Positions 7,360-15,480 of a stretch of DNA of 34,543 bases are shown here, piece after piece. The stretch's first letter is position 1; each line of letters opens with the position of its first letter. The notes under the pieces were generated by a model, which was not told the DNA's origin, did no database searches, and saw only the letters and a program-made list of their open reading frames with translations. The DNA comes from Pseudomonadota bacterium (lineage in GTDB: Bacteria; Myxococcota_A; Bradymonadia; UBA4248): positions 1 through 34,543 of the forward strand of contig JAFZFY010000027.1 in the NCBI GenBank assembly GCA_017555665.1. Direction: 5' to 3'. A program made the position numbers and the translations under genes.

Positions 7360-9504
7360 ATGACTCGAATTAATTGTCTGATTTCTGCACTGTGCCTGAT
7401 TTTCTGCTGTGCCTGTCAGTCGGGACAATGTCCGTCTGGCGCTGGAGGCGCATCGGGGCATCATGCGCCATCGCGCCTTGCGGAAAAGATTGCGAAAGCC
7501 TTTCCGGGCGTGATCGCGGATCAGGCTTCGGAACGTCTGAATGTCGAGAAACGGCAGGCATTACAGAAGGCCGTGGAAGACCGTGAGGCGGCAGAAAAAG
7601 CTTATCAGGCTGCGAAGGCTCGGAAAGAACGCCCCAAACCTCTGCCCCGTGTCAGGATCCTCCTTGATGCGGATATCGAAAAGAGCCTTCCCGACATCGT
7701 GCACAACTCGCTGATCGCGGAGCTTTACGGGGTGGAGGCGGCGGAGCACCAGTTTTTCTTTATCCGCGAAGGCGTGCTGACGCCTGCCGGGCGTATCTTG
7801 CTTGAGCGCCTGGATGCTGCCGATCTCCATGTGCTCGACTTTGAGCCTTCGGTCAGTGCGCAGATCAAGGCCGGTATTGCTCGCCTTGGACACATGCGAG
7901 CGCATATCGCGCAGAATCGCGAAGGGCTGAACGCCTTTGAAATCGACGCGCTCTCGGATGCGCTCGGCAAGGAATTGGCCGGCTCTGAAACGCCGATCGC
8001 GCCGGATGCGTTCCGGCAGTTGCCGGAAGACGAGCAGATCAAACTCGGCGTTCGCGCGCTGTGCGACTTCGATGGGCCGGTGCCCAGGGCGGCTGCCATG
8101 TGCGTCCGAGAGTATGAATACAGGCGCGATATCGATGCGCTCGACGAAGCGCTCGAGTTCGTTCTGGCTGATATCTGGCTTCGGTATGCCGAACAGCTCA
8201 AGTATGGCAATCTGCTGAAATACTCCAAGGAAGAGCTTGAAAAATATGCCTCCGAGGAGAATCCGAACGAGATCCATCCCAAGTATCACGAACGCGTGAT
8301 CGAGACACGTCTTGCAAAGGCTTTTGAGGAATTTGTGTCGCTGGGGGATTCGGCTTCGATCGAGCGGTATTTTGACGCGCTCGTGCCACAACACGAGCAG
8401 TATGCGCGGCTTCAGGCGGTGCGCGAGACATACCGAGCGATCGTCGATAACGGCGGCTGGGCGGTCGTGCCGCCGGATCGCATGTTTGCCGGCGGGCATG
8501 CGCCGCTTGTCAAGAATCTCAAGACGCGGCTGCAGGTTGAGGGCTACTATACCGGGGCGATCGACGATCATTTCGATCCGGCATTGACGGCGGCAATACG
8601 CATGTATCAGCGGCATCACCAGCTTGAGGAAAACGGCGAAGTCGGCGAGGTCTTCTGGCGAAGCCTTAATGTGCCTGCGGAACAGCGCCTTGCCGAGATC
8701 GAGGTCAACATTCGCCGATGGCACAAGACGATGTTTGAAGCGAGAGAGACGTTCATTTACATCAATATCCCGTCATTTGCGGTCGAGCTTTGGCACAAGG
8801 GGAAAATGGTGTCGAGGCGAAGGGCGGTCGTCGGCAGCTCGACAAAGATCTGCAATACACGGACGCGCGAATGGGAACTGATGAACTCGACGCGACTGAT
8901 GCATGCGCAGATGACGTATCTCGTGTTCAATCCGTATTGGAATGTGCCGCCGCGTATCGAGGTCGATGAATTTCAGCCGAAAATTGCTGCCGATCCGAAG
9001 TGGCTCGCCAACTCCGATTACGAATACTATACGCCCAAAGGCGGGGGGCGCGTGCTTCGGCAGAAACCGGGGCCCGAAAACGCGCTTGGAAAGGTCAAGC
9101 TGATCTTCCCGAACCGTTACAATATCTATCTTCACGACACGCCCAAACAGGGGATGTTCAAATATCCCGTGCGTGCCTTCTCGCATGGCTGTATCCGTGT
9201 GGAGGGCGCATTTAAGTTCGCGCGCGAGGTGCTTGAAATCGACGGCCAGTGGGATGACAAGCGCATCAGCAAATTCTTTAAGGAAAGTGGCGAGCATCCT
9301 GTCGATCTCAAAACGCCCATCGATGTGTTCATCGATTACCATACGGTGACGGTGGATGATGAAGGCGCCTATTTCCTTGCTGATATATACAAATTCATTA
9401 AAGACGAAATATCACCGCCGACGGCGCTTGAACGCCGTTGTGATCCGAGTGTGGCGCGGACAAGCCTGTTCCGGTCAGGTGGTGGCGAAGATTCCGGGCC
9501 TTGA
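7360..9504 (+). CDS. L,D-transpeptidase (YcbB/LdtD-like) with a peptidoglycan-binding domain, probable lipoprotein
   Basis: YkuD catalytic motif: IYLHDTPKQGMFKYPVRAFSHGCIRVE. PG_binding_1-like segment: VKNLKTRLQVEGYYTGAIDDHFDPALTAAIRMYQRHHQLEENGEV. The start at 7360 gives MTRINCLISALCLIFCCAC, a signal/lipobox-like N-terminus. The ORF is open to a GTG at 7312. Confidence 0.88.
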   Translation: MTRINCLISALCLIFCCACQSGQCPSGAGGASGHHAPSRLAEKIAKAFPGVIADQASERLNVEKRQALQKAVEDREAAEKAYQAAKARKERPKPLPRVRILLDADIEKSLPDIVHNSLIAELYGVEAAEHQFFFIREGVLTPAGRILLERLDAADLHVLDFEPSVSAQIKAGIARLGHMRAHIAQNREGLNAFEIDALSDALGKELAGSETPIAPDAFRQLPEDEQIKLGVRALCDFDGPVPRAAAMCVREYEYRRDIDALDEALEFVLADIWLRYAEQLKYGNLLKYSKEELEKYASEENPNEIHPKYHERVIETRLAKAFEEFVSLGDSASIERYFDALVPQHEQYARLQAVRETYRAIVDNGGWAVVPPDRMFAGGHAPLVKNLKTRLQVEGYYTGAIDDHFDPALTAAIRMYQRHHQLEENGEVGEVFWRSLNVPAEQRLAEIEVNIRRWHKTMFEARETFIYINIPSFAVELWHKGKMVSRRRAVVGSSTKICNTRTREWELMNSTRLMHAQMTYLVFNPYWNVPPRIEVDEFQPKIAADPKWLANSDYEYYTPKGGGRVLRQKPGPENALGKVKLIFPNRYNIYLHDTPKQGMFKYPVRAFSHGCIRVEGAFKFAREVLEIDGQWDDKRISKFFKESGEHPVDLKTPIDVFIDYHTVTVDDEGAYFLADIYKFIKDEISPPTALERRCDPSVARTSLFRSGGGEDSGP

Positions 9505-9529
9505 TAGGGCCTGATCGCTGAGGTTAGGG

Positions 9530-10288
9530 ATGTCAGAAAAAGAGAGTTGTCATTGTCAGGATCATCATTGTGGCGAAGACCATTGCTGTGACGGCCATTG
9601 TGGCGAAGACCATTGCTGTGACGGCCATTGTGGCGAAGACCATTGCTGTGACGGCCATTGTGGCGAAGACCACTGCTGTGACGGCCATTGTGGCGAAGAC
9701 CATTGCTGTGACGGCCATTGTGGCGAAGACCACTGCTGCTGTGGGGATCACGGCCATTCGAGTGGGCGCAAACCGCATATCGCGACACCCGGATTTAAGG
9801 CGCAGGATCCCGAAAAAGGCGTGTCGCTTGGCGAAGAGGTCGAGCTCGAAGTGGCTGACGTGATGCGCAAGCGTTATGCGCGATTTCTTGCGGAAGATGA
9901 ATCGTTTGTCGTGAAGACGGAGGTCTGTCACCGCTTCGGGCTGGTGAGTTCCGTGCTGTCGAGTGTGTCGCGTACCTCGCATGCGTGTGTCGAGGTCAGC
10001 GTGGAATGTGAGCCGAATAAGATCGAGAATCCTATCGAGGCTTATCAGAAGGCGCTCGATGTGATGGATCTGGTCTGGCTCGATTATTTCGACAGCGACC
10101 GCATCTCGCATTATCTGCCCGTGTGGCAGAGCTGTGATCACGATTCGCTTGTCGTCAACGTGCGGCTCGATCACTGCAACCCCGCGTTGGATGACGAGGC
10201 GAGTGCGTTCTTGAAAGCACACGGGTTTCTGGAAAACGGGCTTACGGAAGCGGATTATGCAGATGATTCGGATGATTCGGAGGCATAA
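9530..10288 (+). CDS. Cys/His-rich tandem-repeat protein, putative metal-binding N-terminus fused to an unknown roughly 170-aa domain
   Basis: GAGG lies upstream of the ATG at 9530. The N-terminus is MSEKESCHCQDHHCGEDHCCDG followed by further HCGEDHCCDG decapeptide units. There is no signal peptide. The C-terminal domain is unrecognised and ends in an acidic tail, DYADDSDDSEA. Confidence 0.8.
   Translation: MSEKESCHCQDHHCGEDHCCDGHCGEDHCCDGHCGEDHCCDGHCGEDHCCDGHCGEDHCCDGHCGEDHCCCGDHGHSSGRKPHIATPGFKAQDPEKGVSLGEEVELEVADVMRKRYARFLAEDESFVVKTEVCHRFGLVSSVLSSVSRTSHACVEVSVECEPNKIENPIEAYQKALDVMDLVWLDYFDSDRISHYLPVWQSCDHDSLVVNVRLDHCNPALDDEASAFLKAHGFLENGLTEADYADDSDDSEA
9566..9738 (+). repeat. 30-bp in-frame tandem repeat, about 5.7 copies
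   Basis: The unit CATTGTGGCGAAGACCATTGCTGTGACGGC starts at 9566, 9596, 9626, 9656, 9686 and 9716. The only differences are a synonymous CAT to CAC in units 4 and 6 and divergence at the end of unit 6. Confidence 0.95.
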
Positions 10289-10300
10289 ACACGTTGTTTC

Positions 10301-10362
10301 ATGTGCGTATCGGCGACAGCCGATAGCACATGAAGCGCAGCGTATGGCCGTAAGGCCATAGC
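10301..10362 (-). repeat. REP-like bulged-hairpin doublet (TAT/ATA-C family), canonical on minus strand
   Basis: Read on the minus strand: ATGTGC-TAT-CGGC-tgtc-GCCG-ATA-c-GCACAT (10301-10331) and GC-TAT-GGCC-ttac-GGCC-ATA-c-GC (10340-10362). Located between the Cys/His gene and ftsH. Confidence 0.62.
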
Positions 10363-10499
10363 GGCGCGCCAAAAAATAAGACGTTTGGGTGATTTTAAAG
10401 TGGCAGTTGTGGCGCAAATTATTAGAATAATGCGCTTGTGGCTGTGGCATGCCGATGCATGTCTGTTCTGACATTTGTCCTGAGATCTGGAAAGATTAA

Positions 10500-12578
10500 G
10501 TGAAACCTAATTATACCTCGCTGCGGATCATTATTATTTTGCTGTTTGTCGCGATGTTTGCGGCACTTTTCTATGAGAACTCGGGCGACCATGAGACGGT
10601 TGCCAAGCTGAAGTTCAGTGAGTTTTCGCAGGCGGTTCGCGACGGTCAGCTGGCATCCGTCAAGGTCGATGGCAATATGATCACCGGCGAGTATCTTGCC
10701 CAGGAGACGGACGAAAAGGCGGGGGATACGGCGGGCAAGGATGCGACGACACCTCGGAAAAAGGGCAAGTTTGAGACGGTCGGGGTGCTGAGCGCGGATC
10801 TTCAGGATCTGTTGGACGAAAAAGGCGTCACCTACGAATTTGTCCAGCCCGAAGGTGAATCGATGTGGAAGTGGCTGGTGATCTACATGCTTCCGACGAT
10901 TCTGATCATTGGCTTTTTTATTTTCATGTTCCGGCAGTCGCAGCTTGGCGGCGGCAAGGCGTTGAGCTTTGGCAAATCGAAAGCGCGCGTGCTGACCCCC
11001 GATCAGCATAAGGTGACGTTTGCAGATATCGCGGGCATCGATGAGGCGAAAGCGGAACTCGTTGAGATCGTCGATTTCCTTAAAAATCCGGGCAAATACC
11101 AGAAGCTGGGCGGCCGTATTCCCAAAGGCGTGTTGCTGATGGGATCGCCTGGTACGGGCAAGACGCTTCTGGCAAAAGGCGTTGCCGGCGAAGCGGGCGT
11201 GCCCTTTTACAGCATTTCAGGCTCGGATTTTGTCGAGATGTTCGTGGGCGTGGGCGCGAGCCGTGTCCGTGACCTCTTTGAGCAGGCCAAAAAGAGCGGG
11301 AAATGCATCATCTTCATCGATGAGATCGACGCCGTGGGGCGTTATCGCGGCGCGGGGCTTGGCGGCGGTCATGACGAACGCGAGCAGACGCTCAATCAGC
11401 TTCTCGTCGAGATGGACGGCTTTGAAGCGAACGAGGGGATCATCGTGATGGCGGCGACGAACCGCCCCGATGTCCTGGATCCGGCGTTGCTCCGTCCGGG
11501 GCGTTTTGACCGCCGTGTGGTCGTCCCGAATCCCGATGTGAAAGGGCGCAAGCTGATCCTCGAAGTGCATACGAAAGACAAGCAGATCGCGCCGGATGTC
11601 GATCTTGACACGATCGCGCGTCTCACGCCGGGCGCATCGGGTGCCGAGCTTGAGAACATCGCAAACGAGGCCGCGCTGATCGCCGCTTCGCGCGATGCGG
11701 AAATGATCGAGATGAAGGACTTTGTCGAGGCGCGTGACAAGATCGCGATGGGACGTGAGCGAAAGAGCATGGTCATCAGCGAGCGCGAGAAGAGGACAAC
11801 GGCTTATCACGAGGCTGGGCATGCGATGGTGACGATCCTTCTGGGCAAAGAGGATGTCGATCCGCTCCAGAAGATTACGATTATTCCGCGCGGGCGGGCT
11901 TTGGGCGTGACCTATTCGGTGCCCGCCGAAGACAGGCTCTGCATTTCCAAGCGTTATGCGATCAATCGCATCGCGATATGCATGGGCGGCCGTATCGTTG
12001 AGGAAGTCGTGTTCGATCAGCTGACGACGGGCGCTGGCAACGATCTCGAACAGGCGACAAAGCTCGCGCGGCGCATGGTCATGGAATGGGGGATGAGCGA
12101 TGTCCTCGGGCCGATCGCTTTCGGCGATCAGGATGAGCAGCCTTTCCTCGGACGCGAGCTTTCGCATTCCAAGAATTATTCGGAACACACGGCGCAGGTC
12201 ATTGATGACGAGGTTCGCCGTTACCTGACGGAAGGCTATGATCTGAGCCGCCGGCTGATCACGGATAATCTCGAACAGGTCACGCTCCTCGCTGAGGCGC
12301 TCATCGAGTTCGAGACGCTCGATGTCGCGGATGTCGATATCCTTCTCGAAAAGGGCATTGATGCGCTTCGGCAGGATTTCATCGACCGCGAAAATGTTGA
12401 AAAACCGCGCGTGGCAAAAGTTTCGTTTGAATCGAGCCTGCTCAAAAAGGCTCGCGGGCAGCAGAACTCGGAATCTGGAAGCTCGGATGACGGCGAAACG
12501 GCTGAATTGTCGTATGACGAAAAAGCCGCGCGTGATCATGCTAAAGATGACGACATCATGCCGTCTGGTCTTGCCTGA
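10500..12578 (+). CDS. ftsH: ATP-dependent zinc metalloprotease FtsH
   Basis: GTG start giving an N-terminal TM segment ([25 protein letters not shown]). Walker [14 protein letters not shown], Walker [12 protein letters not shown] region [19 protein letters not shown] and zinc motif HEAGHA are all present. Confidence 0.97.
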   Translation: MKPNYTSLRIIIILLFVAMFAALFYENSGDHETVAKLKFSEFSQAVRDGQLASVKVDGNMITGEYLAQETDEKAGDTAGKDATTPRKKGKFETVGVLSADLQDLLDEKGVTYEFVQPEGESMWKWLVIYMLPTILIIGFFIFMFRQSQLGGGKALSFGKSKARVLTPDQHKVTFADIAGIDEAKAELVEIVDFLKNPGKYQKLGGRIPKGVLLMGSPGTGKTLLAKGVAGEAGVPFYSISGSDFVEMFVGVGASRVRDLFEQAKKSGKCIIFIDEIDAVGRYRGAGLGGGHDEREQTLNQLLVEMDGFEANEGIIVMAATNRPDVLDPALLRPGRFDRRVVVPNPDVKGRKLILEVHTKDKQIAPDVDLDTIARLTPGASGAELENIANEAALIAASRDAEMIEMKDFVEARDKIAMGRERKSMVISEREKRTTAYHEAGHAMVTILLGKEDVDPLQKITIIPRGRALGVTYSVPAEDRLCISKRYAINRIAICMGGRIVEEVVFDQLTTGAGNDLEQATKLARRMVMEWGMSDVLGPIAFGDQDEQPFLGRELSHSKNYSEHTAQVIDDEVRRYLTEGYDLSRRLITDNLEQVTLLAEALIEFETLDVADVDILLEKGIDALRQDFIDRENVEKPRVAKVSFESSLLKKARGQQNSESGSSDDGETAELSYDEKAARDHAKDDDIMPSGLA

Positions 12579-12586
12579 CAATACGT

Positions 12587-13417
12587 ATGAACTGGCATAT
12601 CGCAAGACAGGTCATTTCGCTGGATGTGCCAAAGATCATGGGCATCTGGAATGTCAGTCCCGATTCGTTTTCGTCTTTTGTGGAGTGCGATGCGGGGCTG
12701 GCGCTTGCATCGCGGCTGATCCGTGAGGGCGCTGATATCCTCGATGTGGGGGCGGAATCGACGCGCCCTGGGGCGGATCCCGTTTCTCCGGCAGAAGAAG
12801 CGGCGCGGCTTGCGTCGCTTTCACAGGCGCGGATGATGTTCACGTGCCCGATATCGCTTGATTCGAGGCATGTGGAGACGATTGAATGGGCGTTGAAATG
12901 CGACCTCGTCGATATCGTCAACGATATCGGGGAGAGCGAGCAGATTTCTGAGCGCCGTGAGGGGAAGATATATCGGCTTGTGGGCGAGCGGCATGCCGGT
13001 ATCGTGCTGATGGCGTGGCGTGATCACAACGCAGGATCCTTTGGCTTTGAAGCGTGTATGCGCTTTATTTACGATCAGCTCGCGCGGCGCATCGAGTATG
13101 CGTTGTATTGCGGTGTGGCGCAGGAGGCGATCGTTGTCGATCCGGGGATCGGCTTTGGCAAAGGGCTTGAAAATGACTTGCGCCTGATCACGGAAGCGCC
13201 GCGCGCGCTTGCGCCGCTCGGATGTCCCGTGCTCATCGCGCACAGCCGCAAGCGATGTCTCGCCAGGGCGACCGGGCTGACTGTGCCGGAACTCGACTGG
13301 CCGACGGCTGTTACGGCTGCGCTCGCCATGCAAAATGGCGCGGCTATCGTCCGTGTCCACGCCCCGAAAGAAACTGTTGTGGCAAAAAAACTCGTTGCTC
13401 ACTCTGGAAGATCCTGA
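12587..13417 (+). CDS. folP: Dihydropteroate synthase
   Basis: MGIWNVSPDSFS, DVGAESTRPG, VNDI, VVDPGIGFGK, HSRK and IVRVHA match the DHPS signature blocks in order. The gene starts 8 nt after the ftsH stop. Confidence 0.88.
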   Translation: MNWHIARQVISLDVPKIMGIWNVSPDSFSSFVECDAGLALASRLIREGADILDVGAESTRPGADPVSPAEEAARLASLSQARMMFTCPISLDSRHVETIEWALKCDLVDIVNDIGESEQISERREGKIYRLVGERHAGIVLMAWRDHNAGSFGFEACMRFIYDQLARRIEYALYCGVAQEAIVVDPGIGFGKGLENDLRLITEAPRALAPLGCPVLIAHSRKRCLARATGLTVPELDWPTAVTAALAMQNGAAIVRVHAPKETVVAKKLVAHSGRS

Positions 13418-13420
13418 TTC

Positions 13421-14287
13421 ATGATCGATCAAATCCTGTCGAATTTTCAAGGCTTTACACTCAGCGATTTCGCGCTTGCGCTGCTCGATATCGTCATCGT
13501 CTGGTATCTGTTTTATCAGATACTGATGCTCATTCGCGGCACCAAGGCGATGCAGATCCTGTTCGGTCTGTTGATATTCGTCGCGCTCTATATGATCTCG
13601 AAGCCTGATCTTTTGGATCTTGGGACGGTCAACTGGCTGCTCGACAAATTTATCGCGTCCTTTATCGTGATCATTGTCATCATTTTCCAAGAGGATATCC
13701 GTCGCGGCTTGAGCGAATTTGGCAAGACGGGATCCCTTTCGACGGCGACAAACGACAACGACCGGCTCGCGACATCGACGATTGAGGAGATCGTCAAGGC
13801 GGCTTCATTGTTGAGCGAGCGCAGGATTGGCGCGCTGATCGCGATCGAAATGGATGCCGCACTCGACCAGTACATGGTCGAGGGGATTCGCATCGATGCG
13901 ACGATCACGAAGGAGCTGCTTGTCTCCCTGTTCATACCGTACAAGGCGAACCCGACTCATGACGGTGCCGTGATCATTCGGAATCAGCGCATCCATAGCG
14001 CCGGGTGTTTTCTGCCGCTTTCGTCGAATGACCGGATTGACAAGGCGCTTGGCACGCGTCACCGCGCCGCGATCGGGCTCAGCGAATCCACGGATGCGGT
14101 GATCGTCGTCGTCTCGGAAGAGACGGGCGCGATCTCGGTGGCGCATTGTGAGACGTTGAATAGACGGCTCTCGACGGAGGCGCTGCGCGATTATCTGCAC
14201 AAGATGTTTGTCCAGACGCGTTCCAAAGAGGATGATTCCGGCGGCTCCGCGCTCATGCGCAAATACAGGATGTGGAAAAAGAGATAG
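13421..14287 (+). CDS. cdaA: Diadenylate cyclase CdaA (DisA_N/DAC domain, three N-terminal TM helices)
   Basis: DAC motifs are present: HDGAVIIRNQRIHSAGCFLPLS and LGTRHRAAIGLSESTDAVIVVVSEETGAISVA. The N-terminus is a membrane region. The gene starts 3 nt after the folP stop. Confidence 0.93.
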   Translation: MIDQILSNFQGFTLSDFALALLDIVIVWYLFYQILMLIRGTKAMQILFGLLIFVALYMISKPDLLDLGTVNWLLDKFIASFIVIIVIIFQEDIRRGLSEFGKTGSLSTATNDNDRLATSTIEEIVKAASLLSERRIGALIAIEMDAALDQYMVEGIRIDATITKELLVSLFIPYKANPTHDGAVIIRNQRIHSAGCFLPLSSNDRIDKALGTRHRAAIGLSESTDAVIVVVSEETGAISVAHCETLNRRLSTEALRDYLHKMFVQTRSKEDDSGGSALMRKYRMWKKR

Positions 14288-14335
14288 GATAGTCGGGCAG
14301 GCTTTTCTGTCTGCCGAATACATAAGAATCGTGAT

Positions 14336-15457
14336 ATGTCAGCAACACCCGTAAGAACATCTTCCAGTCAGGATAATCCGGCACCGGTGAGGTATCGCCG
14401 AACGCTCAAGGATCGCATTGCCGACAATCTGCCGCAGAAATTGATCGCGCTCGTGTGCAGCCTTATCCTGTTCGTGATCGTCTTGAGCGACCGCAGCATG
14501 ATGCTTCAATTTGAAAAGATTCCTATCGAGATGGCGGTGCCTGAGGGATACGTGATGCTCGAAGATCGGCTGCAGACCGTGGATGTGACGCTGCAGGGGC
14601 GCGCTTCGATTTTGCGAGGTCTCAAAAGGGATGATATCGGCACGATACGGCTCCAGCTGTCGCCGCGTGAGGGCAATACGCAGGTGACGTTGCAGCCTGC
14701 GATGATCAGCCTGCCCGAAGGCGTGCGCATCGAGAAATTTAAGCCTGAGTTCATCGGCATCAACTTGGAAATGCTTGAAAGCCGTGCTGTCGCCGTGACG
14801 ACGGATCATGCCTTTTCTGGGGAGCTGCTTCACGGTTATCAGCTCGGGGAGATCAAGATCCAGCCGGACACGGTGCAGATATCCGGGCCGCGTTCGGTCA
14901 TCTTGGAAACGAGTCAGCTCTATATCGATCCGATTGACCTGACGGGCAAGGCATCTACATTTACGATCAACCGGGGCATTGTCGTGCGCCGCACGGGGGC
15001 GCAGGGCACGCCGGAGTGGGTCATGCTCAGCAGGGCTGGGATTCATGCCAATGCCGAACAGGTGAACGTCACGGTCAGCGTCATATCGAAATCGAAATCG
15101 CAGGTCGTGCTCGGCGTGCCGATCAAGCCGCTCAATCTCAGTTCGGAGCATGAATTCGTGCCATCCACGATTGATCTGACGCTTGTCGGCAGTGAAGAAG
15201 CACTCGCCAAAGTCGATTCAAAGATCCTCTTTGTCACCGTGGATGCCGCGTCTGAGGACGGCAAGAATAACCAGACATTGTTCACGGGCGACGATTTCAG
15301 CGTTCAGAATCTGCCGGATGGGGTCAGCTTTGATCGGTCGAGGCTGCCCTCTGTCCTGCTCAAGGTGTGGGACAGCCGGGGCAGGACAGACACGGATCGC
15401 GCTGGTCATAAGGGGGCGGCGGCCGTGCCGGCTGCAAAAACGCCAGATGCCGAATAA
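14336..15457 (+). CDS. cdaR: YbbR-domain protein (CdaR-like regulator of CdaA)
   Basis: Single N-terminal TM segment (LIALVCSLILFVIVL) followed by repeated beta-rich modules of about 90 aa typical of YbbR repeats. The position directly after cdaA is the classic arrangement. Confidence 0.78.
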   Translation: MSATPVRTSSSQDNPAPVRYRRTLKDRIADNLPQKLIALVCSLILFVIVLSDRSMMLQFEKIPIEMAVPEGYVMLEDRLQTVDVTLQGRASILRGLKRDDIGTIRLQLSPREGNTQVTLQPAMISLPEGVRIEKFKPEFIGINLEMLESRAVAVTTDHAFSGELLHGYQLGEIKIQPDTVQISGPRSVILETSQLYIDPIDLTGKASTFTINRGIVVRRTGAQGTPEWVMLSRAGIHANAEQVNVTVSVISKSKSQVVLGVPIKPLNLSSEHEFVPSTIDLTLVGSEEALAKVDSKILFVTVDAASEDGKNNQTLFTGDDFSVQNLPDGVSFDRSRLPSVLLKVWDSRGRTDTDRAGHKGAAAVPAAKTPDAE

Positions 15458-15480
15458 CGCGTGATTCGGGGAGGAGTTGC

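Noticed and set aside
9566-9738. Possible CRISPR array, suggested by regularly spaced 30-bp repeats.
   Set aside because: The units are contiguous with no spacers, lie in frame inside a coding sequence with a good RBS, and encode a regular Cys/His decapeptide. This is a coding VNTR, not CRISPR. The repeat also generates artefactual ORFs at 9369-9788 (minus), 9533-10474 (minus) and 9570-9863 (plus).
11217-12605. 462-aa minus-strand ORF antisense to ftsH. Similar long antisense ORFs occur at 7561-8724 (opposite the L,D-transpeptidase), 12821-13690 (folP/cdaA), 14339-15151 (cdaR), 16705-17358 (HEAT gene), 28848-29687 (coiled-coil gene) and 29924-30781 (GT2 gene).
   Set aside because: Each lies opposite a gene with unambiguous family motifs. 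Their translations are Arg/Pro/His/Asp-rich and low in complexity, with no motifs, RBS or signal features. Long antisense open frames are expected in GC-rich DNA.
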